62,286 nucleotides of DNA, taken from positions 1-62,286 of the forward strand of contig JAWOEH010000210.1 of the NCBI GenBank assembly GCA_046482855.1, written 5' to 3'. Position numbers and translations under genes: made by a program. How positions within the stretch are numbered: position 1 is the first letter of the stretch; every line of letters begins with the position of its first letter. The notes beneath the pieces are model-generated. The model was not told the origin of the DNA. It made no database searches and saw only the letters and a list, made by a program, of their open reading frames with translations. The stretch comes from Bacteroidales bacterium. GTDB lineage: Bacteria; Bacteroidota; Bacteroidia; Bacteroidales; UBA12077. Shown here in pieces: positions 1 to 7,843 of this stretch.

Positions 1-461
1 TCAGCAAAAAACTTCAAAATCGGTTCTAATCCTTTCGGATCGTAATAGCCGGGAACTGCCGTTAACAGCTGATTATTTTCGTCCATGTAGGCAATGCTGG
101 GATAGGACATTTTCCCTTGTAATAAAGCAGCGGCCAATTGATGAGGGCTTCGGGAGCGGGTGCCTTCGTTAATAAATTCTTTTCCCTGAAAAGTTATCGG
201 CTCTGTCGATTCCGCATCAAATCGTACTGCATAATAATCCTCGTTAAGAATTCGGGCAATTACGGGGTGTGTGAAGGTATTTTCCTCCATTTTTTTACAC
301 CAGCCACACCAATCGGTATACACATCAATAAAAATCTTTCGTTTCTCTTGTTTATTGAGTTCTATGGCTTCCTCAAATGTATACCACTTTACTTCAGCTT
401 GTTGAGCAAAAGCACCCGCAGTAAACAATAGAAGACCAAAGGCGGTAAATAATTTCTTCAT
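1..461 (-). CDS. Exported thioredoxin-fold protein (DUF255/thioredoxin-like), partial at the window edge
   Basis: Not in the ORF track. Manual translation from ATG at 461 gives MKKLFTAFGLLLFTAGAFAQQAEVKWYTFEEAIELNKQEKRKIFIDVYTDWCGWCKKM: signal peptide plus a WCGWC CxxC motif. Confidence 0.85.
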   Translation of the reverse strand, partial: MKKLFTAFGLLLFTAGAFAQQAEVKWYTFEEAIELNKQEKRKIFIDVYTDWCGWCKKMEENTFTHPVIARILNEDYYAVRFDAESTEPITFQGKEFINEGTRSRSPHQLAAALLQGKMSYPSIAYMDENNQLLTAVPGYYDPKGLEPILKFFA

Positions 462-717
462 AAGTAATCTCCTTGATTTTTCTGGCTGTAAAGATAGAAA
501 ATATTTAATTTAGTTATATATGTTAATACGTAAATTAAACGATGAATACTGAAAAATGTTCCCTGGTAACTGTTAACTTTTGTAAAACATATAGCAATAA
601 TAGGAATTCAGACTTAGTACGCTGCAATGGATACAAATATTTTATTAATTTTAGGGTTTTGAAATAGTAAACATATTTTAAATTGTAATTATAAACCAAT
701 TAAAGGAGGAAAATAGC

Positions 718-2175
718 ATGAGCGAAATTGCTAATTTAGCACCCAAAGCGGTTTGGAAGATATTTTCAGATTTATGTGATATCCCAAGGCCTTCCAAAAA
801 GGAACAAAAGGCTGTTGAGTACGCTAAAAATTTTGGCGAAAAACTGGGTCTGGAAACCATTGTCGACGAAGTGGGCAATGTTATAATCAAAAAGCCAGCA
901 ACTCCGGGAATGGAAGACCGGAAGACTGTTGTATTTCAAGGGCATTTGGATATGGTGCCACAAAAGAATAGTGATACCGACCACGATTTTGAGAAAGATC
1001 CTATTCAGGCCTATGTAGATGGCGATTGGGTAACAGCCAAAGGCACTACTTTAGGTGCCGATAATGGAATGGGTGTAGCAGCCGGATTGGCTGTTCTTGA
1101 AGCCAATGATGTAGAGCATGGCCCGGTTGAGGTGTTGTTAACCATTGATGAAGAAACCGGTATGACAGGCGCCAATGCCTTAAAACCTGGTTTGCTTGAC
1201 GCTGATATTCTTATTAATCTGGATTCGGAAGATGAAGGTGAACTCTATATCGGTTGTGCCGGTGGGGTCGATACAAATGTGAAATTTCACTATCAGGAAG
1301 AAAAAGTACCAGCTGATACTACTGCTTTTGAAGTACAGGTGAAAGGACTTAAGGGAGGTCACTCCGGCATGGATATTAGCCTTGGACGTGGCAATGCTTG
1401 TAAAGCATTGAATCGGATCTTATTTACCTCCGGAAAAACAACAGGCATGCGCCTGTCAACAATCGATGCAGGAAGTTTGCGAAATGCTATTCCACGCGAG
1501 GCTACTGCTATTGTTCTTGTGCCCAACCAGAATATTGGTGAGTTTAAATCCTTTGTACAGGAATCAGGTCAGGTTATTAGTCGCGAGTTAGCTACAACTG
1601 AACCCGATATGAAAGTTGAGTTGAAGGAGGTTGAGATGCCTGCCTTTGTAATTGATACCAAAACGCAGAACAACTTGCTAAAAGCTGTTTATGGATGTCC
1701 CAATGGCGTTATGCGTATGAGTGCCGATATGGAAGGGTTAGTGGAAACTTCTACTAATTTGGCTGTTATTAAGACTCGTGATGGCTATATTAGCGTAGAG
1801 ACTTTACAGCGTAGCGCTGTTGATACAGCTAAGGAAGACTTGGCCACCATGATTCGAAATATCTTTGAACTTGCCGGTGCCGAAGTTGTCCATGATGGAG
1901 CTTATCCAGGATGGCAGCCCAATATGGAGTCGCCTATTCTCAAAACTATGCTCGATACCTATGAAGGAAAATGGGGCAAGCGACCTGAAATTAAAGCCAT
2001 TCACGCCGGATTGGAATGTGGTATTTTAAGTCAACCTTACCCTCATTTGGATATGATTTCCTGTGGACCTACCATTCGCTATCCTCACTCACCTGATGAG
2101 AAAGTGAATATTGAAACGGTTCAGAAGTTTTACGATTTTATTGTTGAGACACTCAAGAATATTCCCAAGAAATAA
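718..2175 (+). CDS. pepD: Aminoacyl-histidine dipeptidase (M20C)
   Basis: 485 aa with QGHLDMV, TLGADNG, DEETG, GGHSG, IHAGLECG and HSPDE motifs. Confidence 0.92.
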   Translation: MSEIANLAPKAVWKIFSDLCDIPRPSKKEQKAVEYAKNFGEKLGLETIVDEVGNVIIKKPATPGMEDRKTVVFQGHLDMVPQKNSDTDHDFEKDPIQAYVDGDWVTAKGTTLGADNGMGVAAGLAVLEANDVEHGPVEVLLTIDEETGMTGANALKPGLLDADILINLDSEDEGELYIGCAGGVDTNVKFHYQEEKVPADTTAFEVQVKGLKGGHSGMDISLGRGNACKALNRILFTSGKTTGMRLSTIDAGSLRNAIPREATAIVLVPNQNIGEFKSFVQESGQVISRELATTEPDMKVELKEVEMPAFVIDTKTQNNLLKAVYGCPNGVMRMSADMEGLVETSTNLAVIKTRDGYISVETLQRSAVDTAKEDLATMIRNIFELAGAEVVHDGAYPGWQPNMESPILKTMLDTYEGKWGKRPEIKAIHAGLECGILSQPYPHLDMISCGPTIRYPHSPDEKVNIETVQKFYDFIVETLKNIPKK

Positions 2176-2198
2176 ATTCATTGCGTTCCGAAAGTAAG

Positions 2199-2226
2199 AG
2201 GTCGTCCCCAAAGGGCGGCCTTTTTT
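2199..2226 (+). terminator. Intrinsic terminator of pepD
   Basis: aggtcgtccc-caaa-gggcggcc hairpin followed by T6. Confidence 0.8.
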
Positions 2227-2229
2227 ATG

Positions 2230-2314
2230 TGTAAGAAATCTAACAATAGGAATTGAGTTTATGTATTCTCTCTTTTTTTTCGTATATTTTAGATGTTTTG
2301 TAAGATAATGAACA
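2230..2314. promoter_or_regulatory. Two TGT-N10-ACA palindromes upstream of the sigma-54 activator gene (putative autoregulatory sites)
   Basis: TGTAAGAAATCTAACA at 2230-2245 and TGTAAGATAATGAACA at 2299-2314. Confidence 0.6.
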
Positions 2315-2353
2315 CCTATTTAGTTGCTCTTAAGCATCTCTGAAATATGAGTT

Positions 2354-3439
2354 ATGAAGAACTACGCCATCGAAGAGATTTTGCAATGGACGGAGAACCG
2401 GGAGGTAGCTCTGAAACAAATTGATCTTCCCAAAACTAAGCAATTTAAAAGCAATGCCATGGCCGATTTCGGCGTTTTTTCCGATACCATGGAGAAAGAG
2501 CTGAATACCTTGCAAAAGATTGAAGGCCTACGCCATATTCCCATTCTCATTCTTGGCTCTACCGGAGCTGGCAAAGAAATGATGGCGCAATACCTGCATT
2601 ACGAAGTAGATAACGATGCAGGGCCTTACTTGCCTGTGAATTGCGCTGCTATTAATAAAGAGCTTTTTGAGGCACAGCTTTTTGGCTATGTAAAAGGTGC
2701 TTTTACCGGAGCCAGTCGCGAAGGGAGTGAAGGGTATATTGAGAAAGCTTCCGGTGGAACGCTCTTTTTGGATGAGATAACAGAGATTTCTACCGAGTTG
2801 CAGGTGAAGCTTTTACGTGTACTTCAGGAGAAAGAGTTTATGCGGGTAGGAGATACTCGAAAACGAAATGTTAACTGCCGTATTGTTTGCGCCTCTAACC
2901 GCAATATTGAAGAAATGGTTGCCTCCGGCAAATTTCGTGAGGATCTGTATTATCGGCTTACCATTGTTCGCATCGATGTACCACCCCTGGTGCAGCGAAA
3001 AGTGGAGATTATTCCCATGATGGTATTTTTTATTCAGCAACTAAATGAACAACTTCATAAAAACATTACCCACGTGGAATCCATGGTACTGCGGCTATTT
3101 TATAGTTATAAGTGGCCCGGAAATGTGCGGGAGCTGAAGAACTTCCTGACGCAAATTATGATTTTTATTGAAGGGAATACGATTCGCTTTGAACACCTGA
3201 AAATTAAGGAAGATCTGGATCGAGCTCAGACGAAAGCCATTGCTGATACCTATGAGACGCGCCCGTTAGACCGGGAAGCTATTATTTTACGCCTATTGGA
3301 GCAACCCCTCGATTTGGAAGAATTCACACAACAGGTAGTGCAGGCAGCTTTGAAACGCTTTCGGAACAATAAGGCCAAGACTGCTCGTTACCTGGGGTTA
3401 AAACGCGAGCAACTTTATAATCGCTACCGTCAAGAATAA
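2354..3439 (+). CDS. Sigma-54 enhancer-binding protein (AAA+ plus Fis-type HTH) without an N-terminal sensory domain
   Basis: Walker A GSTGAGKE, GAFTGA loop, Walker B LFLDEI, FREDLYYRL, WPGNVREL and C-terminal HTH NKAKTARYLG. Only about 35-40 aa precede the AAA+ domain. Confidence 0.92.
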   Translation: MKNYAIEEILQWTENREVALKQIDLPKTKQFKSNAMADFGVFSDTMEKELNTLQKIEGLRHIPILILGSTGAGKEMMAQYLHYEVDNDAGPYLPVNCAAINKELFEAQLFGYVKGAFTGASREGSEGYIEKASGGTLFLDEITEISTELQVKLLRVLQEKEFMRVGDTRKRNVNCRIVCASNRNIEEMVASGKFREDLYYRLTIVRIDVPPLVQRKVEIIPMMVFFIQQLNEQLHKNITHVESMVLRLFYSYKWPGNVRELKNFLTQIMIFIEGNTIRFEHLKIKEDLDRAQTKAIADTYETRPLDREAIILRLLEQPLDLEEFTQQVVQAALKRFRNNKAKTARYLGLKREQLYNRYRQE

Positions 3440-3440
3440 G

Positions 3441-3496
3441 TGTGCGTTTTTTTACATATTTTATAAATCCCGCCTAAGTGTGTAGGATATCTTATA
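3441..3496. promoter_or_regulatory. Putative upstream activator (enhancer) sites for the sigma-54 promoter
   Basis: TGTGCGTTTTTTTACA at 3441-3456 and TGTAGGATATCTTATA at 3481-3496. They are 40 bp apart, at about -140 and -100 from the predicted start site. Confidence 0.65.
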
Positions 3497-3561
3497 GTAT
3501 TCTAATGAATCATGATTGTGTAGGTATTATAATGTCCTGTTAGCTAAGTGTTTGTTGTTTC

Positions 3562-3577
3562 TGGCAAGGCTGTTGCA
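3562..3577 (+). promoter_or_regulatory. Sigma-54 (-24/-12) promoter
   Basis: TGGCAAGGCTGTTGCA: GG at 3563-3564, exactly 10 nt, then GC at 3575-3576. One mismatch from TGGCACG-N4-TTGCW, and it lies 25 bp before the next ATG. Confidence 0.82.
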
Positions 3578-3601
3578 ATTAAGTAAGCAAAACCGAGCGT
3601 T

Positions 3602-3982
3602 ATGACAGCAAAGATTCTCATAGTTGACGATTCCACGATAAACAACATTCTTCTTCAAAATTTCTTGGAGGCGCAAGGGTACGATGTATTAACTGCTCTC
3701 AATGGCCATGAGGCCATCCAGATAGTAGAACAGGAACTTGTGGATATCATGCTTCTGGATATGATGATGCCCGGTCTCAGTGGCCTTGATGTATTAGCCA
3801 TTTTGGAAGAGAAGGGCATATATATTCCCACCATTATTATTTCTGCCTTTATTAATCCCAAGTACAAGGCAGAAGCTAAAAAAATGGGCGCCATTGAGTA
3901 TATGGATAAGCCTTTAAATCTGAAAGGCCTGTTGGCTCGGATTGAAGATATTTCGCAACATTTTACTTACACAATAAAGTAG
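3602..3982 (+). CDS. Single-domain response regulator (CheY-like receiver)
   Basis: ILIVDD, phospho-acceptor LLDMMMP, IISA and DKP motifs; 126 aa with no output domain. Confidence 0.9.
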   Translation: MTAKILIVDDSTINNILLQNFLEAQGYDVLTALNGHEAIQIVEQELVDIMLLDMMMPGLSGLDVLAILEEKGIYIPTIIISAFINPKYKAEAKKMGAIEYMDKPLNLKGLLARIEDISQHFTYTIK

Positions 3983-3993
3983 GAGGGGGCAAT

Positions 3994-4632
3994 ATGAAAC
4001 GGTTAATAAATTTACTATACACATTAGTGGCAATTGCTCTTTTAGGGAGTACTTATGGAAATAGTGCTCAAGCACAAGGGTTACCCACTCCCGCAAAATT
4101 GAACTATACCAGTTATGTAAGTGAGTCTATTACAGGGTCATCAGAGCCCTATAGCACCATTGTTGGTGTAAGCATGGTTCATGAACGCAGAACGTATGAT
4201 ATTGGAGTTATTTTGAATGATCAGGACATTTTCACAGGAGCCGAATTTGTGCATAAAGTGTTCTTAAATAAAAAAGAGGGATCCACTTATAATGTGAATC
4301 ATTATAATACACGTCCTTATCTCATTTATAATTTTGTGTATCATTACTCGCTAAGTAAAATGCAAATGATTGACGGGAAGATTTTAGAATCAGGAGTGCC
4401 GGTGGGTGTGAATCAGTTAGAGTCGCCGGCAAAGGTTATAACCATGGAACATTATTTGGGTATAGGTTTTGAGCAGGATTTAATTCAACAGTTCTTTATT
4501 AGCACAAATGTGGGGTTAGGACTCTATTTGGGTCATAATGATGATAATAATAAAGTTGATCCATTGGTAGAACAACGTCAGGAAAATGGGTTTAGCTGGA
4601 GTTTGAAATTTGGATTTGGTTATCGATTTTAG
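3994..4632 (+). CDS. Putative outer-membrane beta-barrel protein of unknown function
   Basis: Signal peptide, amphipathic strands (VGLGLYLG) and C-terminal beta-signal LKFGFGYRF. Confidence 0.7.
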   Translation: MKRLINLLYTLVAIALLGSTYGNSAQAQGLPTPAKLNYTSYVSESITGSSEPYSTIVGVSMVHERRTYDIGVILNDQDIFTGAEFVHKVFLNKKEGSTYNVNHYNTRPYLIYNFVYHYSLSKMQMIDGKILESGVPVGVNQLESPAKVITMEHYLGIGFEQDLIQQFFISTNVGLGLYLGHNDDNNKVDPLVEQRQENGFSWSLKFGFGYRF

Positions 4633-4654
4633 GTGTATCATGTTGGTTGAAAAT

Positions 4655-4683
4655 AGCGCCACCTGGCTTAGGCAGGTGGCGCT
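4655..4683. terminator. GC-rich hairpin between convergent genes (probable terminator)
   Basis: agcgccacctg-N7-caggtggcgct, an 11-bp perfect stem. Confidence 0.7.
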
Positions 4684-4689
4684 TGTGTA

Positions 4690-6591
4690 TTAAAAGCGGG
4701 CAATGATAGTTTGGTTTTGGTCGTTACAAATTTCTTTTGCGCCGGGGGTAAACAGGTGTTCAATCCGATCCTGATAATACTCTTTGATACGGCCTCTTAC
4801 CATTTTAAGGGTGGAGTTAATCATCTTGTTTTCTTCGGAGAAAGGTTCACCAACAATGGCTATAGCTGCTGGAAGCCATCGCTCAGGGAACATGCCTTCG
4901 TAGGTGCCTCCTTTTTTATAAGCATCTACCTCCTCTTGTAGGCGTTTTAGGGCAGCACACTGTCCCTCTTCAGTTGCAAAGGTAAGTTCTTTTTTTGCCA
5001 GGTAGCTGCGTAAAGCTTCTTTGTTGGGAACCAGAATGCCAATAGTGTAGGGCGATTGCTCGTTGTAGAGCATGACCTGATCGATGTAGTTGGAATGCTG
5101 AACCAGCGCCTCTTCAATGGATTCAGGACTGTATTTCTCCCCATCATTGGCTATAAGCAAACTTTTAAAGCGGCCTAAAACATGCAGAAAGCCGTCATTA
5201 TCCATGTAGCCCATGTCGCCGGTATGAAGCCAACCGTTGCGAATCGTTTCGTGGGTAGCCTCCTCATTTTTCCAGTAGCCTTTCATTACGTTCTCTCCCT
5301 TGATAACAATTTCCCCCTTTTGTCCGGTTGGCAGCGTATTTCCATCATCATCGCAAATCTTTAAATCCATGTATTTTACCAGAAATCCCGAGGAGCCTAA
5401 CTTGTGTTTTAAGGGAGCATTAGAGCTAATGATGGGAGTGGCTTCAGAGAGCCCGTACCCCTGATACATAGGTATGCCAATGGCGTAATAAAAACGCTGT
5501 AGTTCTACATCTAACAGGGCTCCACCACCAATAAAAAAATCGAGTTCTCCGCCAAAACCTTCGCGGATTTTGCTGAACAATAATTTATCGTACAGTGCCA
5601 GTAACGGTTTCTTTATAAATTGCAGGCCACGCCCTTTGTTGTAGCCTTCTTTGTTGTAACTGTAGGCTATTTTTAAAGCATGGTTGAATAATTTTTCCGC
5701 TTTTGGTCCTTTGGCCTGAATATTTTTTTCAATGTTCTTTTTGAAGTTTTTTGCCAATGCGGGGACACTAAGCAGTAGATTGGGCTTGATTTCTTTAATG
5801 TTTTTGGGAATATTTTTCAGGGTCTCCATTGGGCTTTTGCCCGTTTCCACCATGGCCAGGCTTGCTCCATTTGCCATGAAGCTATAAATGCCCGCAGTAT
5901 GAGCAAAAGAGTGGTCAAGCGGTAAGATAAGCAGGGTTTTATAATGCTCAGGAATGTCCATCAGGCTGCAGGCCTGTTCCACATTGGCTGTATAGTTTCT
6001 GTGGCTTAGCATTATTCCTTTGGGATCGGCAGTGGTGCCGGAAGTATAACTAATATTTGCTAAATCATCGGGGGTAATTGCTTTATACCGATTCTCGAGT
6101 TCGGCAGCTTTCTCCTCAAGAAATTTGTCTCCTAAACGAAGCAGATCTTCCTTTGTCAGTTCATCCTTGTCATACGCTGTTTGCGCATCGAAATAAATGA
6201 TTCTCTCCAATCCTGGGAGGTTTTTCTTAACCACTCTGGCTTTTTCGGCATGCTGCCCTGAAACTAGCAATATGCGTGATTCCGAATGAGCCAGACGAAA
6301 ATGAAGCTCAGTTTTCGCTTCCAATTTAATGGAAAGGGGAACATTGATGGCTCCGGCATATAAAACAGCCAACTCTGAGATAACCCAATCGTTACGACCC
6401 TCGGAGAGCAAAGCAATTCTATCTCCTTGTTGTACGCCTATACTCATGAGGCCTGCAGCCATTCGCATAACCTCTTTTTGCGTTTGCGCATAACTGGTAG
6501 GGGCGTATTTGCCATTGCTTTTTTCCCACATAAAGGGATTATGCGTATAGGTATCAACACTTTCTTTAAAAAGATCAAGTAAAGTTTTCAT
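4690..6591 (-). CDS. Long-chain fatty acid-CoA ligase (AMP-binding)
   Basis: YTSGTTADPKG, GYGLSE and GWLHTGD motifs. ATG at 6591 preferred over TTG at 6600. Confidence 0.9.
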   Translation of the reverse strand: MKTLLDLFKESVDTYTHNPFMWEKSNGKYAPTSYAQTQKEVMRMAAGLMSIGVQQGDRIALLSEGRNDWVISELAVLYAGAINVPLSIKLEAKTELHFRLAHSESRILLVSGQHAEKARVVKKNLPGLERIIYFDAQTAYDKDELTKEDLLRLGDKFLEEKAAELENRYKAITPDDLANISYTSGTTADPKGIMLSHRNYTANVEQACSLMDIPEHYKTLLILPLDHSFAHTAGIYSFMANGASLAMVETGKSPMETLKNIPKNIKEIKPNLLLSVPALAKNFKKNIEKNIQAKGPKAEKLFNHALKIAYSYNKEGYNKGRGLQFIKKPLLALYDKLLFSKIREGFGGELDFFIGGGALLDVELQRFYYAIGIPMYQGYGLSEATPIISSNAPLKHKLGSSGFLVKYMDLKICDDDGNTLPTGQKGEIVIKGENVMKGYWKNEEATHETIRNGWLHTGDMGYMDNDGFLHVLGRFKSLLIANDGEKYSPESIEEALVQHSNYIDQVMLYNEQSPYTIGILVPNKEALRSYLAKKELTFATEEGQCAALKRLQEEVDAYKKGGTYEGMFPERWLPAAIAIVGEPFSEENKMINSTLKMVRGRIKEYYQDRIEHLFTPGAKEICNDQNQTIIARF

Positions 6592-7142
6592 GGGTTCCAA
6601 TTTTTGTTACGTACTGCAGGATTTGCACATGTTCCTGTCTACTATCAGTACACCTAGTTGTAGGATGGTTCATTTATCCATTTTATTATCGTTAAAGAAA
6701 CATGCAGTTACAGGCGCACGGCTATTGGTGATTCGTTTGGAGCCTGTAAACAACTTGTTTCTCCCGCGAATGCTGACCAATATACAAAAAAAATGACAGC
6801 ACACCATGTACCATCTCTTTTCCAAGAGTTACCAGGGCGCTTATTTTTTCTGAACGATTTTCCAGGTATGTTTTTTGAAATCCTTACCTAATGGAGAAAA
6901 CATGATTCGGCTCTAAACCGAACCCTGATTTGCCGGTTGACACAATTATTACACGCAATATAGAAGGAAAAGTATAAACGCTATGTAGCGTACATTTGAT
7001 TCAACATAGCGAGTGACAAACCACCCTTTTAGAGCCAGAGCCTACCAGTATAATCAAAACAATAGTGGGATGAATTGTTGAGCCTAAAGAAAAAAGAGGA
7101 ATAGCAAGCTCCTATTTTCTTTACGTGAGCCTGCTTTTTGTG

Positions 7143-7150
7143 TATATTTG
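7143..7150 (+). promoter_or_regulatory. Bacteroidota -7 promoter element for the SPOR-MFS operon
   Basis: TATATTTG matches TAnnTTTG and implies a leader of about 205 nt. Confidence 0.55.
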
Positions 7151-7361
7151 CTTTGCAAAACGACAAACCGTGGAATTTTTTCAGTATCCCAATGGGTTTA
7201 TATGGGAGGGTAAACTCTAAGTCTAGTTTACCAATTAGCTTATTTACAGGGTGTATTGAGAAGTTGCACACAAATAGCAAGCAGTAATCTATCCTTTGGT
7301 ATGCATTTTAATCTTTCTTGACTAAAGGATCTGCAATTTGAACAAATCAAAATCTACCTAT

Positions 7362-7832
7362 ATGAAAAAGATCTTGTTAATTATTATTTCATTCGTTCTG
7401 TTTTTATCAACAGGATGCGACTTTTTTGAGAATAAAAAGCTTTTCTCGAATGATGTGGACACCCTTGAAACATATCTGCGCAAGAAGGACAGCCTGGATT
7501 CGCTGCAAACTATTCGCAAGGCAAAAGAGCAAGCCCGTTTGGCCGAAAAGGCTCGCCAGGATTCTGTTAAGGAAGCCAAAGAACGCCATAGACGGGAGTA
7601 TAAATTTCATGTAGTGGTTGGCAGTTTCAAAACTCCTAAATATGCCAGTGCCTATGATGAGTTTATAAAAGGCAAAGGATACCAGACAAAAAAGATGGAG
7701 AACAAATATGGCTTTGAACTGGTAAGCATTGGCGCTTATCGCTCCTGGCGTGAGGCAGTAAAAGCCCTTGAGAAAGCTCGTGAACAGGTACTGGAAGAGG
7801 CCTGGATCTATATTGACGAATTTGAAAACTAA
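7362..7832 (+). CDS. SPOR-domain lipoprotein (peptidoglycan binding)
   Basis: MKKILL...LSTGC lipobox, a charged helical linker and a C-terminal FHVVVGSF...AWI SPOR-like domain. Confidence 0.8.
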   Translation: MKKILLIIISFVLFLSTGCDFFENKKLFSNDVDTLETYLRKKDSLDSLQTIRKAKEQARLAEKARQDSVKEAKERHRREYKFHVVVGSFKTPKYASAYDEFIKGKGYQTKKMENKYGFELVSIGAYRSWREAVKALEKAREQVLEEAWIYIDEFEN

Positions 7833-7843
7833 AAATTTTAATT

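Noticed and set aside
138..431. 97-aa + strand ORF in the ORF track
   Set aside because: It is the antisense shadow of the thioredoxin-like gene on the minus strand, which has a signal peptide and a CxxC motif.
6590..7280. ORFs 6590-6796 (+) and 7029-7280 (-) in the large intergenic region
   Set aside because: Non-protein-like composition, no motifs, and overlap with predicted promoters and leaders.
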